64,000 bases of DNA from Chiloscyllium plagiosum (lineage: Eukaryota), in the NCBI RefSeq assembly GCF_004010195.1, contig NC_057732.1, positions 45,848,098 to 45,912,097 on the forward strand. The letters run 5' to 3'. The notes under the pieces were generated by a model. It was not told the origin of the DNA. It searched no databases and was given only the letters and a program-made list of their open reading frames with translations. The translations under genes and the position numbers were made by a program. Every line of letters begins with the position of its first letter. The stretch's first letter is position 1. Below are positions 37,901 through 50,635 of this stretch, piece after piece.

Positions 37901-39719
37901 ACTAAACCTACACCCCCTTGGTCTGGATGTTGAGGACGAGTGGAATTGTAGCCTCAGCGAAATTAAGCCCAGCTCAGAGGCAGTCAGGATTCTCATTGGT
38001 GGCTTCCCTCCCTCCCTCCCTTCATCAGTGCCCACTGAATCTTGCTGGAACGTGTATGAGGGGATAGCACACTGACCTCGGAGTCACAAACCACTCCAGC
38101 AGCCACCAATGGTCCCCATTTGCAGTTATCAATGCCCACAGGGCTGATCTTTACCCACAGGAGGGGGTAAAAATAAAAGCCTACAGCAACACTCCGGCGT
38201 GGTACCAAGGGGCTGCCTCAGAGTCTGATGTGATTTTTTTCCAAGGAGACATCAAACTTGCCTTCTCTCTCTCGCTCTCTCTCTCTCTCTCGGTATGTGG
38301 TCTGAAAGATCCTACACACTATTTGGAAGAACAGATGGGGAAATTCTCCCCAGTCTTCAGATAAACGATTTATCCCTCAACTAAGATCACCGAAGCAGAC
38401 TCCCTGCTCTTGATCACTCTGCTGTTTGTTGGAAGTTGCAGAGGCTGGTACAGTTGCAATGACCGCACATTCTCAGTGTTCAAGTGTTTCAACATGTCCA
38501 GAGATGAGCAAAGGTCTTATACAAAAGCAAAAACAAAAACAGAAGTTGCTGGAAAAGCTCAACAGGTCTGCTAGGATCTTGTGTTTTTGTTTCCAATTTA
38601 CAGCATTTGCAGCTCTTTTTGGTTTTTATACATAAAAGCAAACCTTGCTATACTCTAGGACCTTGCGCTACATCAACCTTGCTGAAGACTCTACTGCAAA
38701 GATATTAGCTTTTTTTGCTTTTAAAAACACAAGTCGTTTTTAATTTAGTGATTACTGTACAAGCAGATCGTCAAACAGCAACACAGAATGAGGCTACTCA
38801 ACCCAATGTGTACATGCTAGCTTTTGGAAAAGGTCCCACTGATCTATTGTTTGCACCACATTGCAAAAAAGGAGAAAGTAAAGAATGAATCAGTACCGGG
38901 ATTGGGTAAATGAATCTGCCTTCCAGATAAACAGTACTGGATACTGAAAAGGCCTATACTAAGTTGGCAATGTTACCAAGCCTTCTGTTCCTCTCACTCA
39001 ACAATGCTTCTTTCCTTCACCCCATTGCCCTCCAATACCTATTCACCAGTTGCACAAACTTGCCGTTTACAGAACACAAATGATTAACTGCAAAAGGTGA
39101 ACATTGTCAGGGGCTGGTGTGTGCGCATCTCTGTGTGTGCGTGCGAGTCTCTGTGCGTGTAGAGGAGCCACATAAGTGTCACCCACACCAGCTGATGGGA
39201 TTTGAGTAATGTTATTCCATCAGAATAACTCCATACTGGAGAGCAGATGATGTCAGCTCCTCTGGAGGACTGAATGCACAAGTGTTCACGTCAACTTCAC
39301 ATCACACTTTGAGGTTACATCACACCATATTAAAACAACAGCTTCCTTTCCCAGCAACGCCCCTACTTTTAATTCCATTTGCTTTGTGACTTTACCCGTT
39401 TAGGACCAGTGGTTGAGTGCTGTACTGAATGAACAGATGTCATTGCTCAGGACATGGTCACAGTGAACACCTGGTCTCAGAAACAGAACAACTTCCATTC
39501 AGTCCACAAGCATGACTTCTGGTAGACCAAATCCTCACCCTCGATTTTGCTCTCACAATGATGGCTCTGTCCTCGGCTTACAACAGTGCTCCAGTAAAGC
39601 TGAACACAAGTTCCAGCTCACCACCTCATTTTTTGAGGTTAGAGCAAAAAAAGAGTGGTAATGGGATAAGTAAAGAGTCCAGGAAACAGTAAAAGGCGTG
39701 AACAATGCTGAGTTTAAAT

Positions 39720-40110
39720 ATTTCAGATGGGTGTCATGGTTTCCTCATTTTCTCTGTTGACATCGACCTTCATCTACTTTTTTTTCCACTTCTGCTTTTG
39801 GACAGAACTGTTCACTATCCTGCCTCTCACCCTTCGTCTGGGCCCACCTTCCATTTCTGTACTTATCCCATTACCACTCTCTTTTGCTCTAACCCATCAT
39901 TTCTTTTGTCAACACAGAGCTCCCCAATTTGTTTTTTACTTTTTCACCTCCCCCTTCATTTCACCAAGAGTTACATTTCCAACTTTTCCCAGTTCTGACA
40001 AAAGGTCACAGAACTCAAATATGAGCTCTGGTTTTTATCTCTGTCTGTAGATGCTATCAGGCCTGAAGAGAATACCCAGCATTTCTCTTCGTTTTATTTC
40101 AGATTTCCAT
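39720..40110 (+). mobile_element. Old Penelope-like 3' fragment
   Basis: Pyrimidine-rich 3' region and degenerate family-C tail cagttctgacaaaaggtcacagaactc. Confidence 0.5.
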
Positions 40111-40164
40111 CGTATTTTGCCCTTGGTTAAGTGCCTGCCAGGCTCCTCATCTTATGCAAAATGT

Positions 40165-40545
40165 CACCCAATACCTGAAGGAAGAACACCTCATCTTTCG
40201 CCTTGGGACCTTCCAACCACACGGCATCAACACAGATTTCACCAGTTTCCTCATCTCCCCTCCTCCCACTTCATCCCAGATCCAACCCTCCAACACAGCA
40301 CCACCCTCTTTTACTGTCCTACATGTCCATCTTCCTTCCTGCTCCTCCCTCCTCTCTGACCTATTACCATCAACCCCCTCCTGCATCTACCTATCGTGTT
40401 TCCGGTTCCCTTCCCACAGCCCCACCCTCCTATTTATCTCTCAACTCCCTTCCCTCGCCCGCTTATGCCAGAAATGTTGATTTTCCTGCTCCTCAGATGC
40501 TGCCTGACCTGCTGTGCTTTTCCAGCATCTGCAGTCCTCACATTT
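40165..40545 (+). mobile_element. Penelope-like 3' fragment (GIY-YIG C-terminus plus family A tail)
   Basis: 'LKEEHLIFRLGTFQPHGINTDFTSFLISPPPTSSQ'. Confidence 0.85.
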
Positions 40546-40548
40546 TCC

Positions 40549-40735
40549 CAGGTTAGGTGAATTGGCAATGCTAAGTTGTCCATAGTGTTCAGGGATGTGT
40601 AGTTAGGTGCATTAGTCAGGGATAAGTGTAGAGTAATAGGGTAGGAGAATGGGTCTGTGTAGGTTACTCTTCAGATGGTCAATGTGGACGTTTTGGGCCA
40701 AATGGCCTGTTTCCACACTGTGGGGATTCTATGAT
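40549..40735 (+). mobile_element. HE1-type SINE 3' half
   Basis: caggttaggtgaattggc...ggcctgtttccacactg. Confidence 0.82.
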
Positions 40736-40794
40736 TACTCCTCCTCCCGCACCTAGCTTCACAGCACGTGTACAATTTTTTTCCCAGCTACAAT

Positions 40795-40895
40795 CAGTTC
40801 TGAAGGAGGGTCACTGGACCCAAAATATTAACTCTGCTTTCTCTCCACAGATGCTGCTAGACCTGCTGAGCTTATTCAGCAATTTTTCTTTGTTT
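40795..40895 (+). mobile_element. Family C PLE tail with intact stem II
   Basis: cagttctgaaggaGGGTCactgGACCCaaaatattaactctg. Confidence 0.78.
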
Positions 40896-42086
40896 TGAAC
40901 AATGAAGTCAACTGGGAGTGTGGTTGGAGGGTCATTCGCTTCATTATCCAACTTTACCACCAACAGCTGGTGAGGCAGGGTACATTCAAGGCCAGAGATA
41001 CATTTTTCATCAGTGAGGACATCAAGGGTCATGGTGGAAAAGTGGAGTTGAGGATTATCAGTTCAGCGACCATTTCATTCAATGCCAGAGCAGACTCAAA
41101 AGGATTCAATGCCTACTTTAGCTCTTGCATCTTATACCGCATATCGTCTCCACTCTGGACTTGATGTTATGGGGTGGACATTCACCCTGGCTGGTAGAAC
41201 AAAGCAGGCAGTGGCACAACGGTCACTTAGTGCCAATGTGGGATGCGACCTGTTAGAGATTGCATGGCAGACTCTGCCAGTTTAATGCTATTAGACAAAA
41301 CCCATTTCTTCCCCCTTGTGTCCCAGTGTTTAAAAGCTCGATGGGTATAAGCACTCGATTGGTCGATAATATGAAGCAAGAATCCTTACAGGATTTTCGG
41401 TTCATCTCACTGATTCCATCTTTATCAGCTGCTAAATTGAATCAAGGTCAAAGATGATTTTAGATCAGAGAGCATACAAGAAAACGTGGATTAATGACGA
41501 CGTGACATGGTTAAAAACACAAGGGGGAGAGCATCCAAGCAGAAAGTTCATGGTGAATACTGTTGCTTTCTATTTAAATCTGTTTAACATGTCTGTGCAG
41601 AAAGAGCACCCACACAGGAATGCAATTGAAACATGGCTGGCTGAAAGGAATCTCAAGTCTTCAGCTCATTTACGCATGATACAGCAATGGCTCTCCGCTT
41701 GGAAGATCTCTCACTCCCTCATCTCGTAAAGGAAATCGTGAGGCAGATTATCCGGTCCCTGAACCTGGATAATGTGACATTGTTGCAACACAGAGAATGA
41801 CACTCTCCAGAAACATCATCAGGAAAACCTACCCCAATTTCCCTGCTCAAGCTCCAAGCGACCTCCCCAGGTCAGCTGACTGGAGTCGGCCTCTCGGCGT
41901 TCCCCATTTTTTTGTTGTATAAATTGTTCTGCTTTGAAAGGGTTAATGCAGAGGATGGCTTTGAACCGTGCCCAAAATTATGTTGTCTAACTGACTTGAG
42001 CGGGAAAACAGAAGTGTGTGATCAAATGCCACATGTACCTGATTGTTGTCATAACATGCATCTTGTTTAAGCCAAGCCTTTTCTCA

Positions 42087-42912
42087 TGGGCCAATGGGCT
42101 GAGGAGTGGCAGATGGAGTTTAATTCAGATAAATGCGAGGTGCTGCATTTTGGGAAAGCAAATCTTAGCAGGACATTATACTTAATGGTAAGGTCCTAGG
42201 GAGTGTTGCTGAACAAAGAGACCTTGGAGTGCAGGTTCATAGTTCCTTGAAAGTGGAGTTGCAGGTAGATAGGATAGTGAAGAAGGCGTTTGGTATGCTT
42301 TCTTTTATTGGTCAGAGTATGGAGTACAGGAGTTGGGAGGTCATGTAGTGGCAGTACAGAACATTGGTTAGGCCACCTTTGGAATATTGCCTGCAATTCT
42401 GGTCTCCTCCCTATCAGAAGGATGTTGTGAAACTTGAAAGGGTTGAGAAAAGGTTTACAAGGATTGGAGGATTTGAGCTATTGGGAGAAGTTGAATTGGC
42501 TAGGGCAGTTTTCCCTGGAGTGTCGGAGGCTGAGGGGTGACCTTATAGAGGTTTACAAAATTATGAGGGGCAAGGATAGGATAAATTGATGAAGTCTTTT
42601 CCCTGGGGTCAGGGAGTCCAGAACTAGAGGGCATAGGTTAAGGTAAGAAGGGAAAAATATAAAAGAGACCTAAGGGGCAACCTTTTCACAGAGTGTGGTA
42701 CGTGTATGGAATGATCTACCAGAGTAAGTGATGGAGGCTAGTACAATTGCAACATTTGAAAGGCAAGTGGATGGGTATATGAATAGGAAGGGTTTGGGGG
42801 GATATGGGCCAGGTGCTGGCGGGTGAAACTACATTAGGTTGGGATATCTGGTCAGCATGGACAACTTGGGCAGAAGGGTCTGTTTCCATGCTGTACATCT
42901 CTATGACTATGT
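42087..42912 (+). mobile_element. CR1/HER1 LINE 3' fragment
   Basis: WAEEWQMEFN..KCEVLHFG...; CR1 tail tgtacatctctatgactatg. Confidence 0.93.
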
Positions 42913-42945
42913 GACAAACCAAATGGCTCTCCTGTACTGTGCCGT

Positions 42946-43257
42946 GGGCGGCACGGTGGCACAGTGGTTAGCGCTGCTGCCTCACAGCGCCAGAGATCTG
43001 GGTTCAATTCCCGCCTCAGGCGACTGACTGTGTGGAGTTTGCACATTCTCCCAGTGTCTGCGTGGGTTTCCTCCGGGTGCTCTGGTTTCCTCCCACAGTC
43101 CAAAGATGTGCAGGTTAGGTGAATTGGCTATGCTAAATTGCCCGTAGTGTTAGGTAAGGGGTAAATGTAGGGGTATGGGTGGGTTGCACTTCGGTGGGTC
43201 AGTGTGGACTTGTTGGGCCGAAGGGCCTGTTTCCACACTGCAATGTAATCTAATCTA
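42946..43257 (+). mobile_element. HE1-type SINE, full length, young
   Basis: GGGCGGCACGGTGGCACAGTGGTTAGC...GGTTCAATTCC...(TAATC)n. Confidence 0.93.
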
Positions 43258-43674
43258 AACTAGACCAGCCAGGCCCTTTGGATACCAACCTAAGGGAAAG
43301 ATGGTGGCAGCAAAAATACCCGCTGGGTTTTTCACCAAGGTGATACAACATCAACAATCACATGGACAAGAATGAAACTGACTGTGGAGTTATCAACAAA
43401 ATACCCAGACAAGAGCCTCTGCAGACTGTAAACAGAGCTCATGAGCAAAATTAGCAACTTCCCCTCATCAAAGCACAGTGATTTCTGGAACAAAATGCAG
43501 TGAGTGGAGTTGACTTAATCTCTTTTACAGATTGTATAACATCAATCCCAGTCACTTTCGGCGAAGCAGCGTTTAGGCTTCATTGACAGGGGAGTTATCT
43601 CACCATCTTCAGTCTAGCCAGGACCAACAATGTCACTGACATGCAGCCACATTTGTAACCAGGAACACGTTCAC

Positions 43675-44035
43675 TAAATTTAAGGAGTGACCTTATGGAG
43701 GATAATAAAACAATGAGGGGTATAGATAAGGTGAATTGCAGCTGTCTTTTCCCAAGAGTGGGGAATTTCAAAACATTTTTAAGGTGAGTGGAGAAAGATT
43801 TAAAAAAGACGAGGGCCATTTTTATTCTTTAACACAGCGTCATTCCTGTGTGGAATGAACTTCCAGAGGAAGTGGTGAATGCGGGTACACCTACAATGTG
43901 ATAAATGCTGAATAAGAAATGTTTGGATGGATAGGAGCCAAGTGCAGGCAGGAGGGACTAGTTTAGTTCAGAAACATCATTGGCATGGACTGGTTGGACT
44001 GAAGGGTCTGTTGCTGTGCTGTATGACTCTATGAA
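43675..44035 (+). mobile_element. CR1-type LINE 3' end
   Basis: ggaatgaacttccagaggaagtggt...tgtatgactctatga. Confidence 0.85.
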
Positions 44036-45599
44036 GGACCCTTACAGCTGGAAGAGGATAACATTCCAACCATCAAGATGCTCAAATTAACACTGGTTTT
44101 CTAAGGCAAATAGAGCGAGACACACTTTCACCTGTTCCAAAAGCACTGAAATTTAAAATTCCAGGGGTTAACACCAACTACACTTTGTCCATCAAACCTC
44201 TGACAAGCCATAGTCAACAATACAGATCACCTGAAAACCTCTTGGCAATCCAACAGAGCTCTGATTTGTTGTTATGTTCCCTGTATATAAAGTAAGTAAT
44301 TTGTTTAATTTTAAATGTTACCTCTACAATTACTTGCAAACAAAAAAGACAACAATCCAGGCTACCTTTGAAAGTATACAGCACATAGAAGCCATTATAA
44401 TTCTTAAAGACTGCACCAGGGTAATTGGACAAATATTTAAAACTGTGAACATTTCCAGACGGATCTTCTGAGCAAATTTTAATGAGTGAACATAATTCAG
44501 CAGATCTGCCATTATGCTACTTTATTACCTCTGTTCCACTGGGCTGTAAACAACAATCACAAGATGATTGGAAGACATGGGCATATCTTGTCAAGATGAG
44601 AAATAATCTCTCAATATTGTTTAGCTTATAATAGGAGAACAATTGAGAGCATTGTTTTTAAACATGCAAGATATTTCTTTTCCTATTAAGTCAACTGAAA
44701 TGGAAAATCTGAAAAGTGTTTGACTCAAAATTACAGCGATCACTGCAGGAGAAATCAGAAATGACCGCATTCCAAGAATAGAGACCAGTCACAGCCAAGT
44801 CAAGGCACATTAATGATTGAATGGTAGAGAAAAAATATCTGATGGACTTCACTTATGAGGTGCTAATGTGCATAAAGCTCAGGATAACTGTTCTTAATGC
44901 ACTTAAACGGATTTTATAATTGGGCTCGCTTTAATTTGGAAGTCCGTATAAATAATGAGCTGTGCTAAATCTGCTGCCTTTGTCCACAGCGACAAGCCCT
45001 TGCCTGGGCTATTCACAATTTCATGCCAGGATGAGGGAGCCAGCTTTAGCTGTGCAAACAGCAGGACCAGCCCTGGTTGCAAACAAACACAAGGCCAATA
45101 CGGAAGGGGTTGGAGAATTGCTCTCGACACGACAGATCTGCCAAAGATGGCAGAGTTCAGATCTGGAGAAGTTGCCATGGGAGCAGAGTGCGTTCCTGTG
45201 AAGCTGGATTGCAGTGGTAATACTGAGCTCATTTCCTGTGAGGCTGCTCAGTCGTTGGGGGGGATAACAAAGCTTAATTATTATCGCAGGTTTAATTCTA
45301 TCCTCATCTTTGTCCTTGAGAAGTGGCATGTATCGGTTCATGGACATTCCCAGGTGGGCAGTGGACTTTCAGATAGTAGCTACTACTGTTTAGAATTAAA
45401 ATTTGAGCAGTCTCTTTTTTAGTAGGTGGGGTGAGTAGTAAGAGTGATTCTCAATTTATTTCCCTCTTTCTTTTAGGTTGATGAAATGATGGTTTCCCTC
45501 CCATTCTTGGGAGCTTTATCTTGCTACTGCAAAGAGTATTCATCCCTAGCCACACTGGTGGCCATGGTTATTAACACAGTTGGCTATTTGGTGTGTTCA

Positions 45600-45970
45600 G
45601 CCTGCTCCTCCATTCAGAAGTAGGCCATACAGCTTATCGAGTCTGCTCTGCCAGTGCGATAATGACTGGTCTGAAAATCCTCAACTCCACTTTCCTACCT
45701 TTCTCCCCCTAACCCTTACTGACTAAAAATCTGTTTACCTCAGCTTTGAATATATTGAATAACCCAGTCTCAACATCCCTCTGTAGTAAAGGACGCCATG
45801 TCTAATGTGATAGTAGCCCAACCTTCTCGCCTAGCTCTGATAGCCTTTTGGCTCATTAAGAAACTACTGACCTCCAACTTAAAAATATTCAAGGATTCTA
45901 ACTCCATTGTCTTTTTGGACACGAAGTTCCAATAATTCATGGCGCTCAGGAAAAAAAATTGCCTCATCCT
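45600..45970 (-). mobile_element. Old CR1-type LINE 3' end
   Basis: Tail ggccatacagc...gagtctgctctgcca; degenerate 'FFLSAMNYWN'. Confidence 0.6.
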
Positions 45971-46354
45971 TCAAATGTGCAAACCATAATTTTTAAATAA
46001 TAACTTGTAGTACCAGACATGCACATAAGAGAAAATGTCCTCTCTAAAATACACAGGATTTTTAATATTTCAATCAAGTAGTATTTTATAAGCTGGCAGG
46101 TGTGAGCCACATCTCTACATTATGTTATACTTGTTTGATTTCCAGAAAGATCATCTTTTTTAAAATTCATTCCTAGGATGAGGACATCACTGGCTAGGCC
46201 CATATGTATTACCCATTCCTAATTTCCCAGAAGGCAGTTGAGAGTCAATCACATCGCTGTGGGACTGGAGTCACATGAAGGCGAGACCAGTTAAGGATGG
46301 CAGTTTCCTTCCCTAAAGAACATATGTGAAAATGATTTAAAAATAATAGCTTAG

Positions 46355-46455
46355 CCAGAGTTCTGAAGAACAGTCATATTAGACTCAAAACATTGACTCA
46401 GTCTTTCTCCACAGATGTGCAAGACCTGCTGAGTTTCTCCAGCACTTTCTGTTGT
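46355..46455 (+). mobile_element. Family C-like PLE tail
   Basis: gagttctgaagaacagtcatattagactcaaaacattgactc. Confidence 0.7.
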
Positions 46456-46919
46456 TAGCTCCTCCGGGATAGTTGTTGGGCCAACGTTATTGATCCAAAT
46501 ACCCTTCAACCAGTGCAGGAGACTAATCATCAGAGTTCTCACTCCCTGATCCCTACTGAACACCCTAAACTTGCATGGTTGCTCGCTAAATATAGGCAAC
46601 TAATCTTGCAATGCCAACCACGTTCAAGTAGTTTGCTGCTTCTTTCTACCTTAAGTTCCCTACGTTACAAGAACAGAGCATTATTGACATCCTTATGAGC
46701 AAACTTTGATGGGAGGTGAAGGTAAAAAAGGGAGAAGGTTGGGGGATGGGCTAAAGAAAAATTAATAGGACAAAGAAAATAAATACCCCTTGCGTTGCAA
46801 CGAAAGGCATGAACACACCTCAATATTGCACGGCTTAATAAAATAAAAAGTGGTTAAAAAAATTCCCTGTAGGATTTCACTCAAACATCTAACTTCCAAG
46901 GAACAACCTGGGAGCAAAT

Positions 46920-47040
46920 TACTGCAAATGCTGTATCTGTACTGAAACAAGTAGTGCTGGAGATCACAGCAGGTTCATGCAGCGTCCATGGAGAGAGAGC
47001 AAGCTAACGTTTTGAGCCTCGATGCCTCTTCATCAGATTA
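46920..47040 (-). mobile_element. PLE mini-element, further family (D)
   Basis: Minus strand CTGATGAAgaggcatcgaggctcAAAACGTTagc followed by gacgctgcatgaacctgctgtgatctccagc. Confidence 0.7.
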
Positions 47041-47058
47041 TCATCTTGTCGAGGTGAG

Positions 47059-47188
47059 GAGGAGAAAATGAGGACTGCAGATGCTGGAGGTCAGAGTCAA
47101 AAAGTACAATGCTGGAAAAGCACAGCAGGTCAGGCAGCATCAGAGGAGCAGGAGAGTCGCTGCTTTGAGCATAAACTCTTCATCAGGA
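47059..47188 (-). mobile_element. Family A PLE mini-element
   Basis: Minus strand cCTGATGAAgagtttatgctcaaagcagcgactctcctgct... Confidence 0.82.
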
Positions 47189-47388
47189 TGAACACGTTCC
47201 ACATTTCAAGGTAGAGCTGGTGCATTATTATAGCACCTCTTCCCATCTCACCATCTCTCAATGACTCCACCTAAGTGTGCCATGGACTTGATAAAAAAAA
47301 AGGCCTCCTACTGTGGCTTTTGACAATGTGACAATTACTGACCTGGAGTACAGCATCTTTTTGATCTACTCCTGACATATAGCAGATT

Positions 47389-47609
47389 AGGTTTTGGCAC
47401 AATATTTACATATCTATGGCCTAGGGTAACTGAGCGAGGACCCCAGTTGAAACCACTGTGCCACCGTGCCGCCCACTGTGCCACCGTGCCGCCCACTGTG
47501 CCACCGTGCCGCCCACAAATCGGTGCAGATGAGGCAATCATGACAAGGTTTTGGCACAATATTTACATATCTATGGCCTAGGGTAACTGAGCGAGGACCC
47601 CAGTTGAAA
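47389..47609. repeat. 64-bp direct duplication enclosing 3 x 20-bp SINE-head repeats and a 31-bp locally copied segment
   Basis: 47389-47452 = 47546-47609; (ccactgtgccaccgtgccgc)3 at 47453-47512; 47517-47547 = 48106-48136. Confidence 0.95.
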
Positions 47610-49079
47610 TCCTTTTCATACCATTTCAAATGTAAACCATCCAATGGTGGGGTTGCCATCTCATAGATGTGCTTCTGGAGAGTCTATCAAACCTGCCTCA
47701 AAAGTAAGCAGGAAGCCTTCCCACCATTTACATATTAATTGCAAATATACTGTAAAAGTACTCAAAGAAAATAAAAATAAAAGCCTGTATGCCCTCCTCC
47801 ATGTTTGTTCACCTTTGGGGTCTGGAGGTTAATACTGAATTCCTGCAGATTCCAGAACAAGCCCATGCACAGGAGGTTGGTTTGCTCAGAGATTTGCTGT
47901 TGTTTCTGGTCAGAAAGTCATCTGGGTCAATTTTCAACAGAGTAGAGCTCTGAGTGACTTCCAATGTTCATCGTGACAGGGTCAGAGACTTCTTGGTGGG
48001 CGGTTGTTCACAAGGACAGGGCTGCCCTCTGTTGGAGGTGCAGCCGAGTTTGAATATGGCACTAATCTGTCATGATGCGCAGAAAATGCTGGTGTTGTCT
48101 GTGGAAAATCGGTGCAGATGAGGCAATCATGACAAGTGTTTGAAGATTCATGAACATAATGACATCTCAAAGCTAAATTTTAAACCTTAATACCTCAGTG
48201 ATTGACCGCTCAGTGATTAGATTTCTAGAACAGTAGAATTATTCATTCAGTCTATAACCAAGTGTGGAACCACGCTGAGGATATTGACGAGGATATTGAT
48301 GCTCACTGATATTAACTCAGATCTGAGATTGGAGCCTTCTTGATTGATCATATGTTGAACATTTTCAGTTGGTTAGTCACTGAAATATACATACACAGAG
48401 CTACAGATCTTCTTTAACAATAGAACATAAGCTGAATATACGAAAGAACGGGGAAAAAAAGTGCCAAAGGCTGTTAAAGTAGTTCTTAACACAAAGATCA
48501 ACACAAAAATCAAAACGTTTTCCAATGGCATCTCTCACACAAACTCAATATCAGAGGTTACATGTCGATTTAAACTTTTTAAATCTTAATTTAACCGATG
48601 ATTTCCAAAGTCCTTTACTTCAATTGTTGGCACTGTTTCTTATGATTCGTTTGTGAATCCTTTGGCATAAAACGTTCATAATTCTGATTACTACAACTGA
48701 AAATGCTAATGCAATTTGAACAGTCCTGCCCCAACTCTCCACTCCAGCGAGGATGATTGGCCCTGCCGGATTGACTTGATCCTCATGCTGAAAGAAAAAG
48801 GTTCAAAACCTTTTAAACAGAACTCGGGATTTTTCAGAGCTAAATCTTCGAACCAAATGTGATTTTAAATCAAAACTAAACTAAACTAGTCGCTTTAATG
48901 TATTTACTCTCAGTCGTAAACCTAAGATTACAATCATTGGTCTGTTGACACCATACAGGCTCTCCCAGGCACTCTGTTAATCACCTGCTTTCCCGAAACT
49001 GATGCATTTAGTTCAGTGTTCCAAACGGAGTTGGACCTTCTTAAGAGAAACTTCACAGAACTGACCCACATTTATCTGC

Positions 49080-49370
49080 CATTCATATCCCAGTTCCAAC
49101 CTTCCAACTCAGCACCACCCTCATGACCTGTCCAACAGGTACCTATCTGCTCCGGCCTCCTCTCTGACCCATCATCTTTGCCCCCACCTCCATCCACCTA
49201 TTGCACTCTCAGCTACCTTCCCCCTCAGTCCCACCCCTCCTCCCATTTATCTCTCCACCCCCTCGGCTCACAGCCTCACCCTGAAATGGCTTTTGCCCAA
49301 ACCGTCGATTCTCCTGCTCCTCGGATGCTGCCTGACCTGCTATGCTTTTCCAGCGCCACACTCTCAATCC
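49080..49370 (+). mobile_element. Penelope-like 3' fragment with decayed family A tail
   Basis: Homologous to 5110-5430. Confidence 0.8.
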
Positions 49371-49704
49371 ACCTTCATCTGCCTCTACTTTGAAATCCAA
49401 ACCCCAAAAATGTAATATATTTGTACAATTATACACAATTTATTAAGTTCTTGTGAAGGTCCCAGATCTCCTTATATATATTTTGAAATGATAAAGCAGC
49501 CAGTTCTCAATATAGTCTAATATGAAAACACAACAGCCAGAAGATGTATAACAAATTGCATCTTTAAAACAGTTAAACATGCCAAGACCATTTCCCATGC
49601 AGATAGTCTGACATTGTGTCACTTCAAGAGAGGTTACAGGTGACCAATACTTTGATGAAGCAAGGAGGTTTTAAGCAGTGTGTTTTTAAAAAGAGAAAGA
49701 AGTG

Positions 49705-50010
49705 GAGAAGTGACAGCCTTTTTCCTTGGTTGGTGATGGCTAGCACGAGGGGACAAAGCTTTAAGTTGAGGGGTGATAGATGTAGGACAAATGTCAGAGG
49801 TTGGTTCTTTACTCAGACAGAAGTAAGGGTGTGGAATGCACTGCCTCCAACAGTAGTGGACTTGCCAACATTAAGGGCATTTAAACGGTCATTGGATAAA
49901 CATATGGATGATAATGGAATAGTATCGGTTAGATGATCCTTTAGATTGATTTCACAGATCAGCGCAACATTGAGGGCTGAAGAGACTGTACCGTAATGTT
50001 CTATATTTAG
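49705..50010 (+). mobile_element. CR1-type LINE 3' end (same family as 12525-12980)
   Basis: 'RGWFFTQTEVRVWNALP'. Confidence 0.88.
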
Positions 50011-50224
50011 GCCAGAAATTCTGGAGCTCGGGTAACTAAGTAGTAAAAAGCAGCGATGCGAGTGATGGAGTGACAGAGGTGGGGGAATGCACAACAGGTC
50101 AGAAGGGAAGGAACTGGGAGCTTTCAAAAGGTTGCAAGGCTGGAGGAGGATGCAGAAATTGGGGAGGGCTTTAGCCGAGGTGGGATACAGAGCTATACAC
50201 ACCGGGATGTCCCTGGATCTTAGT

Positions 50225-50635
50225 TAGAACATAAATTTGTATGACACAGGAACAGACGCCTCAGCCCAAGATGTTGGGCTGAACATGACGCCAAATTAAA
50301 CTAATGCCTTCTGCCTGCCCTTGGTCCATATCCCTCAATTCCTTGCATATTCATGTGCTTATCTAAAAGTCCCTTAAATGCCCCAATCATATCGGTCTCC
50401 ACCTACACCCCTGGCAGCAGATTCCAGACTCCAACTGTTGTGGAAAGATACAACTTGTCCTTCACATCTCCTTTGAACTTTCCTCTCTCACCTCAAATGT
50501 ATGCACCCTAGTACTGGACATTTCAGCACTGGGAAAAAGATTCCATCAACCATATCTATGTATCTCATAATTCTGTAGTCTTCCAGCAAGTCTCCCCTCA
50601 ACCTCCACTGCTCTAGAGAAAACAACCCTGGCAAC
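50225..50635 (-). mobile_element. CR1-type LINE 3' fragment
   Basis: 'GLFSLEQWRLRGDLLEDYRIM'. Confidence 0.85.

Noticed and set aside
41687-41800. Short protein-like ORF MALRLEDLSLPHLVKEIVRQIIRSLNLDNV
   Set aside because: 37 codons, no splice or homology support; compatible with chance
42946-43020. tRNA-like heads at SINE 5' ends as tRNA genes
   Set aside because: They continue directly into the V-SINE core and CR1 tail
47389-47609. CRISPR-like repeat-spacer-repeat appearance
   Set aside because: Only two 64-bp repeats, eukaryotic DNA, no cas genes; the insert is explained by SINE and local sequence
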